Assembly: GCF_006345805.1 (NCBI RefSeq)
Contig: NW_021833198.1
Span: 1-35,168, forward strand
Length of the DNA stretch: 35,168 nucleotides
Origin: Octopus sinensis
Lineage: Eukaryota
Reading direction: 5' to 3'
Part shown: piece by piece, positions 24,222 to 35,168 of the stretch
Numbering within the stretch: the first letter of the stretch is position 1
Layout of the letters: every line of letters starts with the position of its first letter
Program-made: the position numbers and the translations under genes
Notes under the pieces: model-generated
Database searches by the model: none
Told to the model about the DNA's origin: nothing
The model's input: the letters and a program-made list of their open reading frames with translations, nothing else

Positions 24222-24330
24222 GAGGCACATGGACTTGTGGTTACGGCGTTGGGCTCTTGATCACAAGATCGTGGGTTCACCTGCTGGGCTGGGTGGTACG
24301 TTGTGTCTTTGGGAAAAGCACTGAGTTTCA
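24222..24330 (+). mobile_element. Degenerate tRNA/CORE SINE head
   Basis: gaggcacatggacttgtggtta...gggttcacctgc...cgttgtgtctttgggaaaagcact. Confidence 0.65.
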
Positions 24331-24343
24331 GTATAATTTATTT

Positions 24344-24487
24344 CAGTAATGGGCAAACTGTGGCCCGTGCAATTTTTCCGAATGGCATGCCGAAACGAAT
24401 TCCCATGAGATTTTTCAGCAGTGTGGCCCGTGGCCCGCTTGATGGTCTTCCATGCCTCATGCGGTTCGAAAAGGTTGACCATGCCTG
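24344..24487. mobile_element. hAT (Charlie-like) MITE
   Basis: Imperfect TIRs cagtaatgggcaaact / aggttgaccatgcctg and repeated tggccc motifs; 8-bp TSD degenerate. Confidence 0.6.
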
Positions 24488-24499
24488 CTGTATTCTATT

Positions 24500-24640
24500 C
24501 GTCGACTTTGCCTTTTATCCTTTCGGGGTCGATTAAACAAGTACCAGTTACGCACTGGTGTCGATATAATCAACTTAATACTTGTGTCTGTCTTTGTTTG
24601 TTCCCTCTATGTTTAGCCCCTTGTGGGTAGTAAAGAAATA
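24500..24640 (+). mobile_element. Meta-domain-like SINE, 5' truncated
   Basis: gtcgactttgccttttatcctttcggggtcgat...gtttagccccttgtgggtagtaaagaaata matches 11769-11908. Confidence 0.88.
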
Positions 24641-26054
24641 TGTATTCTATTCAGCTGGAAAACATTACTGGCCTATTGTCTTCTCTCCCTCCCTCTCTCT
24701 CTCTCACTCACTCTCTCAGTTCCTCGCACTCCCCCTCTCTCTCCAACCGTCTCGTCCTCGAGCCGCCGGGTCAAGGACGGGAGGGACGAGAAAACCCTTT
24801 AAACAATTAGGGGACGTGTGGTGCATGTCGCCGAGTAATCTTACTTGCAAGTGACGGTTAAGCTTTGATTTCCTGAGAGGTTTGACAAAGATGTATGTAT
24901 GAAAACTTTGAAAGAAAAGTTTTAGCTTAGAAAATATTTGAATTCTTGGAGAGAAAGTCGGGAAATTTTTTAGGGAACATATTTGAAAATAGCATGAAAG
25001 GATTATGAAGGATTCCAATGAATTATAAGAATATGGTTTGGAATGAGTTGTGGAAAAGGGAGCAGAGAAAGAGTTTGCGAGTTCCATTGTTTCGCTTTTT
25101 TTATTTTTTTAAGTAGTGGCTTTAAAGAATTAAAAAAATTTTTTTTTTTAAATAAGTGTTATACAAAGACTTTTAGAACAGTTTACGAGAATAGTTTAAA
25201 AACAGTTTTGAAGAATTATTTCGAATTAACTTTTAGAAAACGAAACAAACTAAAACATAAAGAGATTTGGGCTGAGCTATTTTTAGATAATAGAAGCTTC
25301 TAGACGCAGAATTTTTAGAAAGATTTCGTCAAAACACTTAAATGATTTTTTTGCTTTTTGTTCCGTAAAAACATTTCAAGAAAATAGTATTTAGTTCTAG
25401 TTCGGGAGGGTCATTATGGCAATAATAAGCACACGCACTGGTGCAATAGCACACTAATTCTATTTTACTTCATTTATTACCAAGAATCAATTGGTTAACT
25501 ACTTAACCAATTAACTAATCGATTCTTTTGGTTAGATGTTTGATGAATCATAGATTTTTCAAAATTCTTTCGTCACCATTGGAAGTTTTATCAATGCCAT
25601 GCTTTCTCTGCTTTTGAGACAGACCTGAAGCAGACCTTGTGTTAAATGGAACGACAAAATTATGTATCATCATCGTCATCATCCTGTGTTTTAAATCTGG
25701 GTTTTGTCCCTGATAACGGAGGTAGCCGGATCTACCTCAATGCCATAGCAACCGAGATAGGTAAGTGCAGCCCGCCCCAACATTTGGTCTGGCTGGTGCC
25801 CATTTTCCTTTGCTATCATGAGGCTCTTTTGGAGCTGGATTTTCTATGGGGGGTTTGTAGACATGAATGGTCTCAAGATCACGGTTTTTAAGGAATGTGG
25901 TGAAAAACTAGCTCGGGAATGCATGGACATTACTCCCTGAGACCGCTTTGGAGCCCCACTACCTAGTATATCGACACACACACAAAAAACGACAAGATAA
26001 AGTTGTAAGCTGTGCGGGAAACCCTTCACAAAATCTATCCATTGTCACTCATAG

Positions 26055-26672
26055 ACCAATTTTGGTTTCGAATTTTGGCACAAGGTCAGCAATTTCGGGA
26101 GAAGGAGTGAGTCGATTACATCAATCCCAGTATTCAACTATTTAATTAATTTATCGACCCCGATAGGATGAAAGACAATGTCGATTTTGGTGGAATTTGA
26201 ACCCAGAACGTAAAGACAAGCGAATGATTTTGCATACTTGCCACCTCACTGAAAGACCAATATTGGTTTCAAAGCCAGTAATTTCTGGAGAAGGGAGTAA
26301 GTTGATTACATAGACCCCAATGCTCAATTGGTACTTAATTTATCAACCTCAAAAAGACGAAAGGCAAAGTTAACCTCGGAGGAATATTGTTGTAGGGATG
26401 ATAGTAATAATAGTACAACCCTCCCACGTTACTAGTGGTATGTGCTAGTCACTATAAATAAGGTGACGTCGGTCAGAATAGACAGAGAGTACGTAGTAGA
26501 CGGTCATAGATAATCGTGGTCTTTGTCTTACTAACTATGCTGCTATACCAGAGTGGCGTTATAACAATCCAACTTACAGGATTATAACAAATATGAACTC
26601 AGAGCAAAACGACAGACGAAGCGTCGCTAAGCATTTTGCCCAGCCTGCTAACGACTCTGCCTGCTTGCCACT
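26055..26672 (-). mobile_element. Two tandem degenerate Meta-domain-like SINEs, the second split by a solo LTR
   Basis: ttatcgacccc...atgaaag...gtcga...ggaatttgaac at 26150-26210; second copy at 26255-26387 resumes at 26590-26672. Confidence 0.75.
26388..26589 (+). mobile_element. Solo LTR (202 bp)
   Basis: Starts TGTTGTA, ends TATAACA, 5-bp TSD aatat (26383-26387 and 26590-26594), internal tataaata; cleanly interrupts a SINE; strand inferred from the TATA-like motif only. Confidence 0.8.
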
Positions 26673-27127
26673 TTGCTACATGGGAAATATTCGCCAGATC
26701 TTATAACAGACAGCTCCTTGCCCTTGATGCCGCGCATTAGGGCCCAATCTGAAATTACGTGATCACCAAGTGTACTTGTTAACCGCAGGTTGAGATTAAA
26801 ACCTAAATATACACACTTCATGATGTAAAATTCAATAATAACTTTTTTTAAATAGATTAAAGAGACAAAGGGCAAGATTATCTGACCGATGCACTAATGG
26901 GGATATTTTAAGATGTTTAAATATATCAGAAGAAATTCCAAATATATATAGTAATGACTTGTTTACGGTTATCAAAGGTGACTTAATTCTATTGGCCGTT
27001 TAAAGAAAGTTCAGGTCACAGATTGGGGTCAACTATTTACTTCCATCTGCAACCACGGAAATCAAATAGCTTATCTTGACACACTGATCTCGTTCTTCGT
27101 TCAAACACACACACACGCGCGCAGAGA

Positions 27128-27171
<44 letters not shown>

Positions 27172-27368
27172 CAGACAGAGAAAGACAGACAGTTTTGGTC
27201 ATTTAAATTTCACTGACAAATCATTTACTGATACGAAGCTACTGCAACAGAAACAAGTTAAGGTAACGTTGCGAGGGAGCGAAACGGGAATTCGGTGGTT
27301 GTGAAGCAAGCGTCTTACCACAGGCCATGCCTGTTCTTATTTACTGATATATATACATACATATATAT

Positions 27369-27422
<54 letters not shown>

Positions 27423-27672
27423 GCAATGCATGTGCACACATAACACATATATATGCATGTGTTTGTGTGTCTATGCATTTATGTATGTAGCTTTTAAATT
27501 AATTATCGAATTCTTTGAAAATACCTTACTCATTAATAAATAAATTAATTAATACGTGTATATGTATATGGATGGGTGTGTAAAAAATATCTACGTATAC
27601 ACACACACATATACATATCTATATGGTTATATATATATTCATACGCAAATGTGTATATATATATATATGGGT

Positions 27673-27718
<46 letters not shown>

Positions 27719-28130
27719 ATATGTGTAGCCATATGTAAGTGTGTGTGTATACATTTATATACGCATACATATATATGTATATACACAAACAGATAAGGAA
27801 CATTCCTTTTCGCTTGCCGATCACTTCAATCTCATCTTGTATCCCCTTCGCCCCTTCATCCACCCCTCTTCAAACCTTCTTTCTGCCATCCCACGCCCCT
27901 CTCCTGACCACCACCACATCATCCATATCTTCGACTTTCCTTCTCTACTTCTAACCCTATATAATTTTTTTTCTGTGCACCCTCCCCCATCACCCTCCTC
28001 CCTGTCCCTTACTCCTTCCTTTACTCACCCCCACCTCCTCGTATTACACCCCCAGATTCCTCTTATTTTCTGCAATTTACTTACAGAATGCCAAACCACA
28101 TTAGCCTGTTTATCTTTTTTCGCGCACTCA

Positions 28131-28168
<38 letters not shown>

Positions 28169-28496
28169 CACACACATATACACATACACATACACATATG
28201 ATCGAGTACATACAGAGATATACATACACATGCATATATTCACAACATACGCGTATACGCATGCAGAAAAGCGTACATCAGAACAAACGCGTATACTTAC
28301 ATATACACACACAGAAACACATGAGCACGCATGCGCAAACACATTTGCAAACATACGAGTACAAACATTCAGCGCACGCACACATACACGCGTGCGTACG
28401 TGCACTCATTTACATACACACACACATAGTAACGCGCTACAAGCGCACACATGCATTACACCAAACGCACATACGCTTATATACAACCGTTATTAT

Positions 28497-28620
28497 TTTT
28501 TATTTATGCGCCCTTTTAAAGCCTAGCCAGGTTCATGGGCCCAGTTTTCCGGTTTCTGTGGGGTATGGGTCCCCCGCAGCTGGACGGGACGCCAGTCCAT
28601 CGCGCGTTACTCAAGAAACA
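28497..28620 (-). mobile_element. V-like SINE 3' fragment
   Basis: Reverse complement of 16419-16545. Confidence 0.85.
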
Positions 28621-28624
28621 GATT

Positions 28625-28720
28625 TAAGCAAAAATAAACCCTGGAAGGGATTGTTCGACTAAGTTTTACCAGACGCAGCCCCAGCATGGCCGCAGTCCAA
28701 TGACTTAAGCAAGTAAAACA
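28625..28720 (+). mobile_element. SINE/LINE shared 3' tail fragment
   Basis: ccagcatggccgcagtccaatgacttaagcaagtaaaa matches 19390-19428. Confidence 0.7.
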
Positions 28721-28894
28721 GTATAACATGCAGAACCGGAATTACCGAATGAGCGGCTCAGATGAGACGACAACGGAAAGTTAAAATGGCGTAACTTGAA
28801 ACGTTTTCAGCCATTTAAGGGGGACAGTATAACGTTGTTGCATTGCTTGAGTAATATGTGTGTTTGGGTGTGTGTGTCTGTGTGTGTGTGTGAA

Positions 28895-28927
<33 letters not shown>

Positions 28928-29206
28928 GAGTGTATGTGCATGCGTGTGTGTGTGTGCGCGCGCGCGCGCGTGTATACATTTGTATCTGATTTGTAAGATT
29001 CTTCATGTGAATTGGTGTGTTGGAACAAATCATGTGTGTGTTTGTGTGTATATGTATATATACAAAGATGGAGTGAAACATAATTTTATATATATATATA
29101 TATATTATATATATATACATACATACATACACTTATGTATCATATGCTTGTGTGTATGCATATAGACATGTATACGTATGATTATACGTATATGTATGTA
29201 TATATC

Positions 29207-29237
<31 letters not shown>

Positions 29238-30019
29238 ATATATTAATATATATATATTTATATATTTATATTTATACCCACACACACACATATGTATATA
29301 TATACATAATTTTATATATGTATATATACATATATATTTTATATATGTATATACATATGTAAAGCACACATATTCACACACGCACATATACATATACAAA
29401 CATAGACATACACACACACACACATATAGACATGTGTGTGTATGCATATATGTATGGGAATATGTTTGTATGTCTATGTAAACACGGAAGCACAAGCATC
29501 CATTTTATAATCATCGTGTGTGTGTGTGTGTGTGTGTGTGTATGTACGTGTATGTACGTGTATGTACGTGTGTGTGCGTGTGTCACAGGGGTCAGGGTTT
29601 TGTCCCTGCATTAATCTTTTCTCATTACCCCCGCACTGAATGACACCAGTAGCAACAACAGACAACGCCACACCACCCCCTCTTACTCTACCACCACCAC
29701 CACCACCACCACCACCACCACTACCACCACCACCACCACCATCACCACATCTACCACCACCGACACCATCGCCATTAAAACAACAACAGCAACAACGATT
29801 ATCTGAAGAGCGCCGATGATGACAAGGTGGCTGGTTAATCGTTTAAACAACATTTATATTAGCTGCCAAAGAAACACACACACCACACACACACACACCA
29901 CACACACACACATACTCACACACACACACACATATACTCACACACACACACACACAAGCACACGCATGTACAAATATCAACACGTATGCATACGTGAATT
30001 TATTTCCATACCTACATAT

Positions 30020-30078
<59 letters not shown>

Positions 30079-30374
30079 CACGTTTTGTATGTTGCCTATG
30101 CATATATGTTATGCACGCATGTGCATGTATGAATGTATACATCCTTATATATATGTGTGTGTGCGTGTGTAAGTATGAATGTATGTATACTATGTTTACG
30201 TATGTCAGTATCTAAGCATGTATTTTATGTATGTATATTATGTGTGTATGTTATATGTGTTATAGATGTGTTATGTGTGTATGCATGCATGTGAAGTACG
30301 GCCTATAATGCATACATATACATATATACACACCACACACACATATATATATATATATATAGAGAGAGATATAG

Positions 30375-30407
<33 letters not shown>

Positions 30408-30698
30408 TATGTGAGTGATATAGATTGATAGATATGTGTGTGTATATGGTAGATATAATGTATGTATATATATGTATGTTATATATTATATGTATAATGT
30501 ATATATATCTATATATGTATATGTATATATATATGTGTGTATATATACGTGTGTGTATATATATCAGATGGTGCTATTAAGAAAGAGAGACAAGAATAAA
30601 GTGAGAGAGAGGGAGAGGGAAGAGAAACATTCGTTGAAGACACATGGCCTGGACCATTTTTGGTCGAACATATCTAAGTTTTATCTAAGTTCTAAGTT

Positions 30699-30745
<47 letters not shown>

Positions 30746-31026
30746 TTATATATATATACTATATATATATATTATATATATATTATATATATATATATAT
30801 AATATTATAGTATCTATGTATGTATGTATGTATTATTGTATGTATGTATGTATGTATGTATGTATGTATGTATGTCATGTAGATAGGGTTAAAATCCAAA
30901 CTGTGTTGTCTTGAAGCACATCTGCTTATTTCAGTATTCCAAATCTGTATGTTGGTGTTATATTTGTTCGAGATAAGCATAAGAGTAGAAAATACTGGGA
31001 AATAGCTTTCTAGAGTAATCTTATAA

Positions 31027-31266
31027 CAAAACAGGCGAAGAAAGTTTTGGTATCATTTATTCACCATTACACGTGTTTCGTTTACTAATAGGAGTCACCG
31101 GGCTGTACATGTAGGGATAACATATAAAAAATGTTTCAAACTTAGTAAATTTGAACCATTTCTTATAGAAGATATCTTAGATCTTTTTCTTATAAGTACA
31201 TTATAACTCCTATTAGCAAATGAAACACGTGTAATGATGAATAAATAATACCAATAACCTGTTTTG
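31027..31266. repeat. Imperfect ~240-bp palindrome (foldback/MITE-like)
   Basis: 31047-31095 matches the reverse complement of 31206-31254 at 45/49 positions; outer caaaacagg/cctgttttg and inner aaatgtttcaaa/tttgaaccattt also pair. Confidence 0.85.
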
Positions 31267-32101
31267 AAAACTATGTGTGTGTGTGCTTTATTCGTTTCAG
31301 CCATGCAGCTGTGGTCATGCTGGAGCGCCACCTCGAGCACACATATACACACACACACATATATATAGTGTCTATGTGTGTGCGTGTGTGTGTTTGTGAA
31401 AGAGCTAGAGAAAGAGAGAGACAAGAATAAAGAGAGAGAGAGAGGGAGAGGGGGAGAGAAACATTCGTTGAAGACACAAGACAGACAAACAAACTGCGAA
31501 GGACAAAGAGGAAAGATAATTAAGAAAAGAGGAAAGGTGGAAGTAAGGTCTGCCAATTATTAAGCATCCGTTAATTAGTGTGGAGCCTCAGGTGGATAGA
31601 GTTAAGTGTCTTAACGAAGAATAATAACTTTTAAGCGAAACAGGACTCGGTGACTGACAAGACAAATGGATCCATTATGCTCTTTGCAAGAGGTAAACAA
31701 ATGAAGGTTGTTTGTTTTAGGTTGAGGCATAAAGACCCCACATCACTGACATTTTGTAAAGGGTGCAGCGGGCTATATTGCTTATTGCAGGTTTTTGAGT
31801 AGGTTGGTTTACCGGAACCCCGGCGGGCTGGGTAAGAGGTAACAGCGAATTTTGCTTTTAATAGTTAACATTCTCGCAGAACAATGAGCCAGCGAAGAAG
31901 CATTGAGAAGAGAAAACGGAAAAGAAGGAGCCACTATACGATTGCTTGATCTGCTAGAAATTGTAGTGAAATCTCTCTCGAATGCCACTTTATTCTCTGT
32001 CAGAATCCAGAGGGAAATTGCACAATGCATGAAGAAACAGCATATATATCTACATATACATACACACATAGATACACACATACATACATACATACATACA
32101 T

Positions 32102-32144
<43 letters not shown>

Positions 32145-32894
32145 ACACACACACACACATTTGTTTATTGTTTTGTCCCTCAATTAGGACTGACAGCTGC
32201 TGCGATATAAAGCAGAAGTTTATTTTCTTCCTTATGCAAATCAGAGAAAAACAGTTCGAGGGATTGGTGCCAAAATTCTATTTTGTTTATTTATACATTA
32301 TTTCGGTTGTTGTTGTTGCTGTTGTTGTTGTTGTTGTTGTTTTGTTCTTGTTGTTAGTATCATCATTATCATCATCGTCATCATCATCCTCATCATCATC
32401 ATCATTATCGTCATCCCCACCATCAAAGAGTGGTTCATTGAAAACAAAAAGATATTGAGAGCCAGGGAAAAAAAGTAGTGTTTGTTAAAACTGTAATAAT
32501 TATACAAGCATTCGCTCGTTCTGGGAGTATCCTTTCAGAATCTAATTGGAGCGGAGGAGAGCGTGTGTGAGTGAATTGAAGTGATGAGCGGAGAAGGGAG
32601 GATATGGAAGTGGTGATGCAGTATGAGAGAGAGAGAGAGAGAGAAATCACCGTTGGCAAGATGGCACCACCATATTTTATGAGAAACACCAAAACTGAAG
32701 CAATGATTCGACCGATTCTAGAATTGTAGTACGAAGGAGTATGTTTGGTTTTGTTGGTTGGTTGGTTGTTGAGCTTGTTTATTTGATTCGTTTTGTGTGT
32801 GTGTGTGTGGGGGGGGGGTTTGATGGAGATTAAAGCAGAGAGGAGGGAGAGAGAAGGGGGCAACGGGAAGGTGGGGGATATAAAGAGAGAGGAG

Positions 32895-32930
<36 letters not shown>

Positions 32931-33580
32931 TAGGGGTGGGTGCTAAGAAAACAAAATAGATTTAAAAAGAAATACTCAGAAATGCACGAACGTTTTGCTT
33001 CATTTTTTTTTTTTTTTTTTCTCGTGAGTGTCAAACGTGATGAAAATAGAGACTTGCTGAAATGAAGTGTGCAAGGCAAGAAGCAAAAAAAAAAAAAAGA
33101 GAGAGAAGAAAAAACTGGTGGGGTGAGGATTGCTGATGGGGTGAGGATTGCTGATGGGTGGATGTTGCTGAAGGGGACTGTTTCCATCATGATGATGATG
33201 ATGATGACGTCCATAACAACAACAACAACAACAACAACAAGAGCGGCGTTATGTGACAGATGGATGGAGAGATAAACATGAAAAGGAAGAGATAAGAAGT
33301 GAGATGTATTGATAAACTAACTTACACACACACGCACGCGCACGCACATACACACACGTATATGCAAAAGCACGCACACACACACACACACACACACACG
33401 TATATGTACATGCACGCAGACACACACACTTGCAAAACACACCTGCGTATACGTTGTCATATGGGTATAAATATGGGCAGACAATTGTATGTTGGGATTT
33501 GAAAGTTCATAAATTCATTTGAATAGAAGATGGTATACTGTGGCAAAATGTTAAATTATGATACACACATACACATGTGA

Positions 33581-33611
<31 letters not shown>

Positions 33612-33941
33612 CACGTGCGCACACGCACACATGCACACATATATGTAAACCTACGTAGTTCACATACAAATATAGTAAATTGAACTAATTCTCTAAAGAC
33701 TGAAAACTTCATGAATAGCTTTCATCGATTTTCGAAACTTATTGGGGTTTCATCAGAGATGTCTACATCATTTGACCAATCGCGGACAAGCAAGCATGGA
33801 GCAAACCATATTTTTACAACAGAAAAACAGAGTACAAGACAAACTACACAAGGAAAAATCCCCTTCATCAGCTGTCCCTAGTTCAACTCTAACGTGTTTC
33901 GAAGGTAGATATATATATATATACCTCTGTTTACCCCTCTC

Positions 33942-33999
33942 ATATCGTCTCTGATGAAAGGATATCCATAATATCCTAGAACCAGCTGTAAGACTATAT
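33942..33999 (+). ncRNA. Type I hammerhead ribozyme motif with a GAAA>GAAC core change
   Basis: atatcgtct-CTGATGA-a-aggatat-ccata-atatcct-a-GAAC-cagctg-TA-agactatat; helix I 8/9 bp, helix II 7 bp, palindromic helix III. Confidence 0.72.
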
Positions 34000-34075
34000 A
34001 TCTCTTTCCTTATAAATGTCCTGGAATCTCCTCACAGATTTTTGTTATCTCTTTTTTTGTCTAATATATATATAT

Positions 34076-34099
<24 letters not shown>

Positions 34100-34107
<8 letters not shown>

Positions 34108-34270
34108 TTGCCATGAAATTTACAAGTTTTGTTTTTTATTCTTTCTCTTTATTTCCTCATAGGCTCGAAACGTAAAAGACATTTTCATTTTTCCTGAGCG
34201 TCAAACTAATACAGTCGCATGTTATTCATAAACCTGTCTTCGTCTTTTCTTTTTCTATAAATTTCAACTA
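34100..34270 (+). mobile_element. Third copy of the short hammerhead-bearing element, 5' half of the core missing
   Basis: taggctcgaaacgtaaaagac (34160-34180) and tttcctgagcgtcaaactaatac; flanked by (TA)n and (TCTA)n. Confidence 0.7.
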
Positions 34271-34273
34271 TCT

Positions 34274-34338
<65 letters not shown>

Positions 34339-34356
34339 ATATATATTATATATATA

Positions 34357-34401
<45 letters not shown>

Positions 34402-34405
<4 letters not shown>

Positions 34406-35168
34406 TGATTGATTGATTGATTGATTCTAGTTTCAGCTTATGAGCTGTGGCCATGCTGGGGCACCGCCATTTGGTGTTGCTACTTGGTTTCACTTCATGG
34501 AGGCTTTCTAGCAACTGCTATTTGGTGCATGAGAGAGTTCGATGCAGCTGCCCTCATCTGCCCCTCCTGCCGTGAAGTTGGTTCATCTGGGACACCTGAC
34601 AGGAAGAGCCAGCTTCATTTTAAAGACATCTGTATCCACCCGATGCAGGTCTCTCAGGTTCTTCGGGAGGATATTGAAGAGCTGTGGGCCTCGGAAGCCC
34701 AGGCTATCACAGAATCTTGTCCTACATCTTGATGGCAGGTTTGGAGTCCTAGGCACCACGCAGTGGCGCCCAGTTCTGGCATTTGCGTAACTCTCGATGC
34801 CAAAGTTCAGGACACTTCCCTCCAGGATCTTCCAGATGTATATTATGGCATATCTTTCCCGCCTACGCTCCAGGGAATATAATTTTAATCTCTGAGTCTT
34901 TCCCAGTAGCTTACATTCTGCATAGAGGCTATCTTCTTCTTGTAGCTGCTTCGTTGGATCGCCTCAATTTCTGTGATCAACTTGACACTGGATGGTGACC
35001 ATAGCTGAGAGCAATAGTCAAAGTGGCTTAGGACAAAGTGTTTTCCAGAGGACCATCATGGTTTCTTGTTCTCCTTGTTCTAAGGTTCTCAGAATCCATC
35101 CAGCCAGCCGTCTACATTTCATTGTCAGTTTAGCAACATGTACATGAAAGGTCGCGTCATCACTCATG
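34402..35168 (-). mobile_element. CR1/L2-group LINE 3' end: frameshifted ORF2 C-terminus (stop at 34495-34497), 3' UTR and (AATC)n tail; continues beyond the window
   Basis: Manual minus-strand translation across frameshifts gives SDDATFHVHV..GWILRT..VLSHFDYCSQLWSP..IEAIQR..SYWERL..LKLYSLERRRERY..GPQLFNILPKNLR..FKMKL, typical of the post-RT region of CR1/L2-type LINEs. Confidence 0.9.

Noticed and set aside
25481-25527. Small hairpin aattggttaa-ctac-ttaaccaatt
   Set aside because: Short, AT-rich and plausible by chance; no further support
25934-25955. tccctgagacc, identical to the first 11 nt of miR-125
   Set aside because: The rest does not match and there is no complementary arm to form a precursor hairpin
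58-33502. The many ORFs in the six-frame track ([16 protein letters not shown], poly-D/M/S)
   Set aside because: Translations of di- and trinucleotide microsatellites or SINEs; no recognisable domain
34421-34998. Plus-strand ORFs of 103, 82 and 71 aa
   Set aside because: Antisense shadows of the minus-strand LINE ORF2

Overview
Eukaryotic, AT-rich, microsatellite-saturated non-coding DNA. The SINE repertoire and the density of (TA)n, (CA)n, (GA)n, (ATT)n and (GAT)n tracts point to a coleoid cephalopod, most likely Octopus; this is an inference from repeat content. No intact protein-coding gene is supportable, and nearly all ORFs in the track are translations of simple repeats. Recognisable content: tRNA-derived SINEs of at least four types (Meta-, CORE- and V-domain-like, one a head/tail chimera); a frameshifted CR1/L2-group LINE 3' end that shares its tail with one SINE; a non-autonomous Helitron; a solo LTR with a 5-bp TSD; hAT-like MITEs; a ~240-bp foldback; and a ~630-bp tandem duplication. 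The most notable signal is a set of short microsatellite-embedded elements carrying minimal type I hammerhead ribozyme motifs (Penelope/retrozyme-like), each deviating from the canonical core. A few unique islands hold candidate minus-strand exons and regulatory motif clusters at low confidence.
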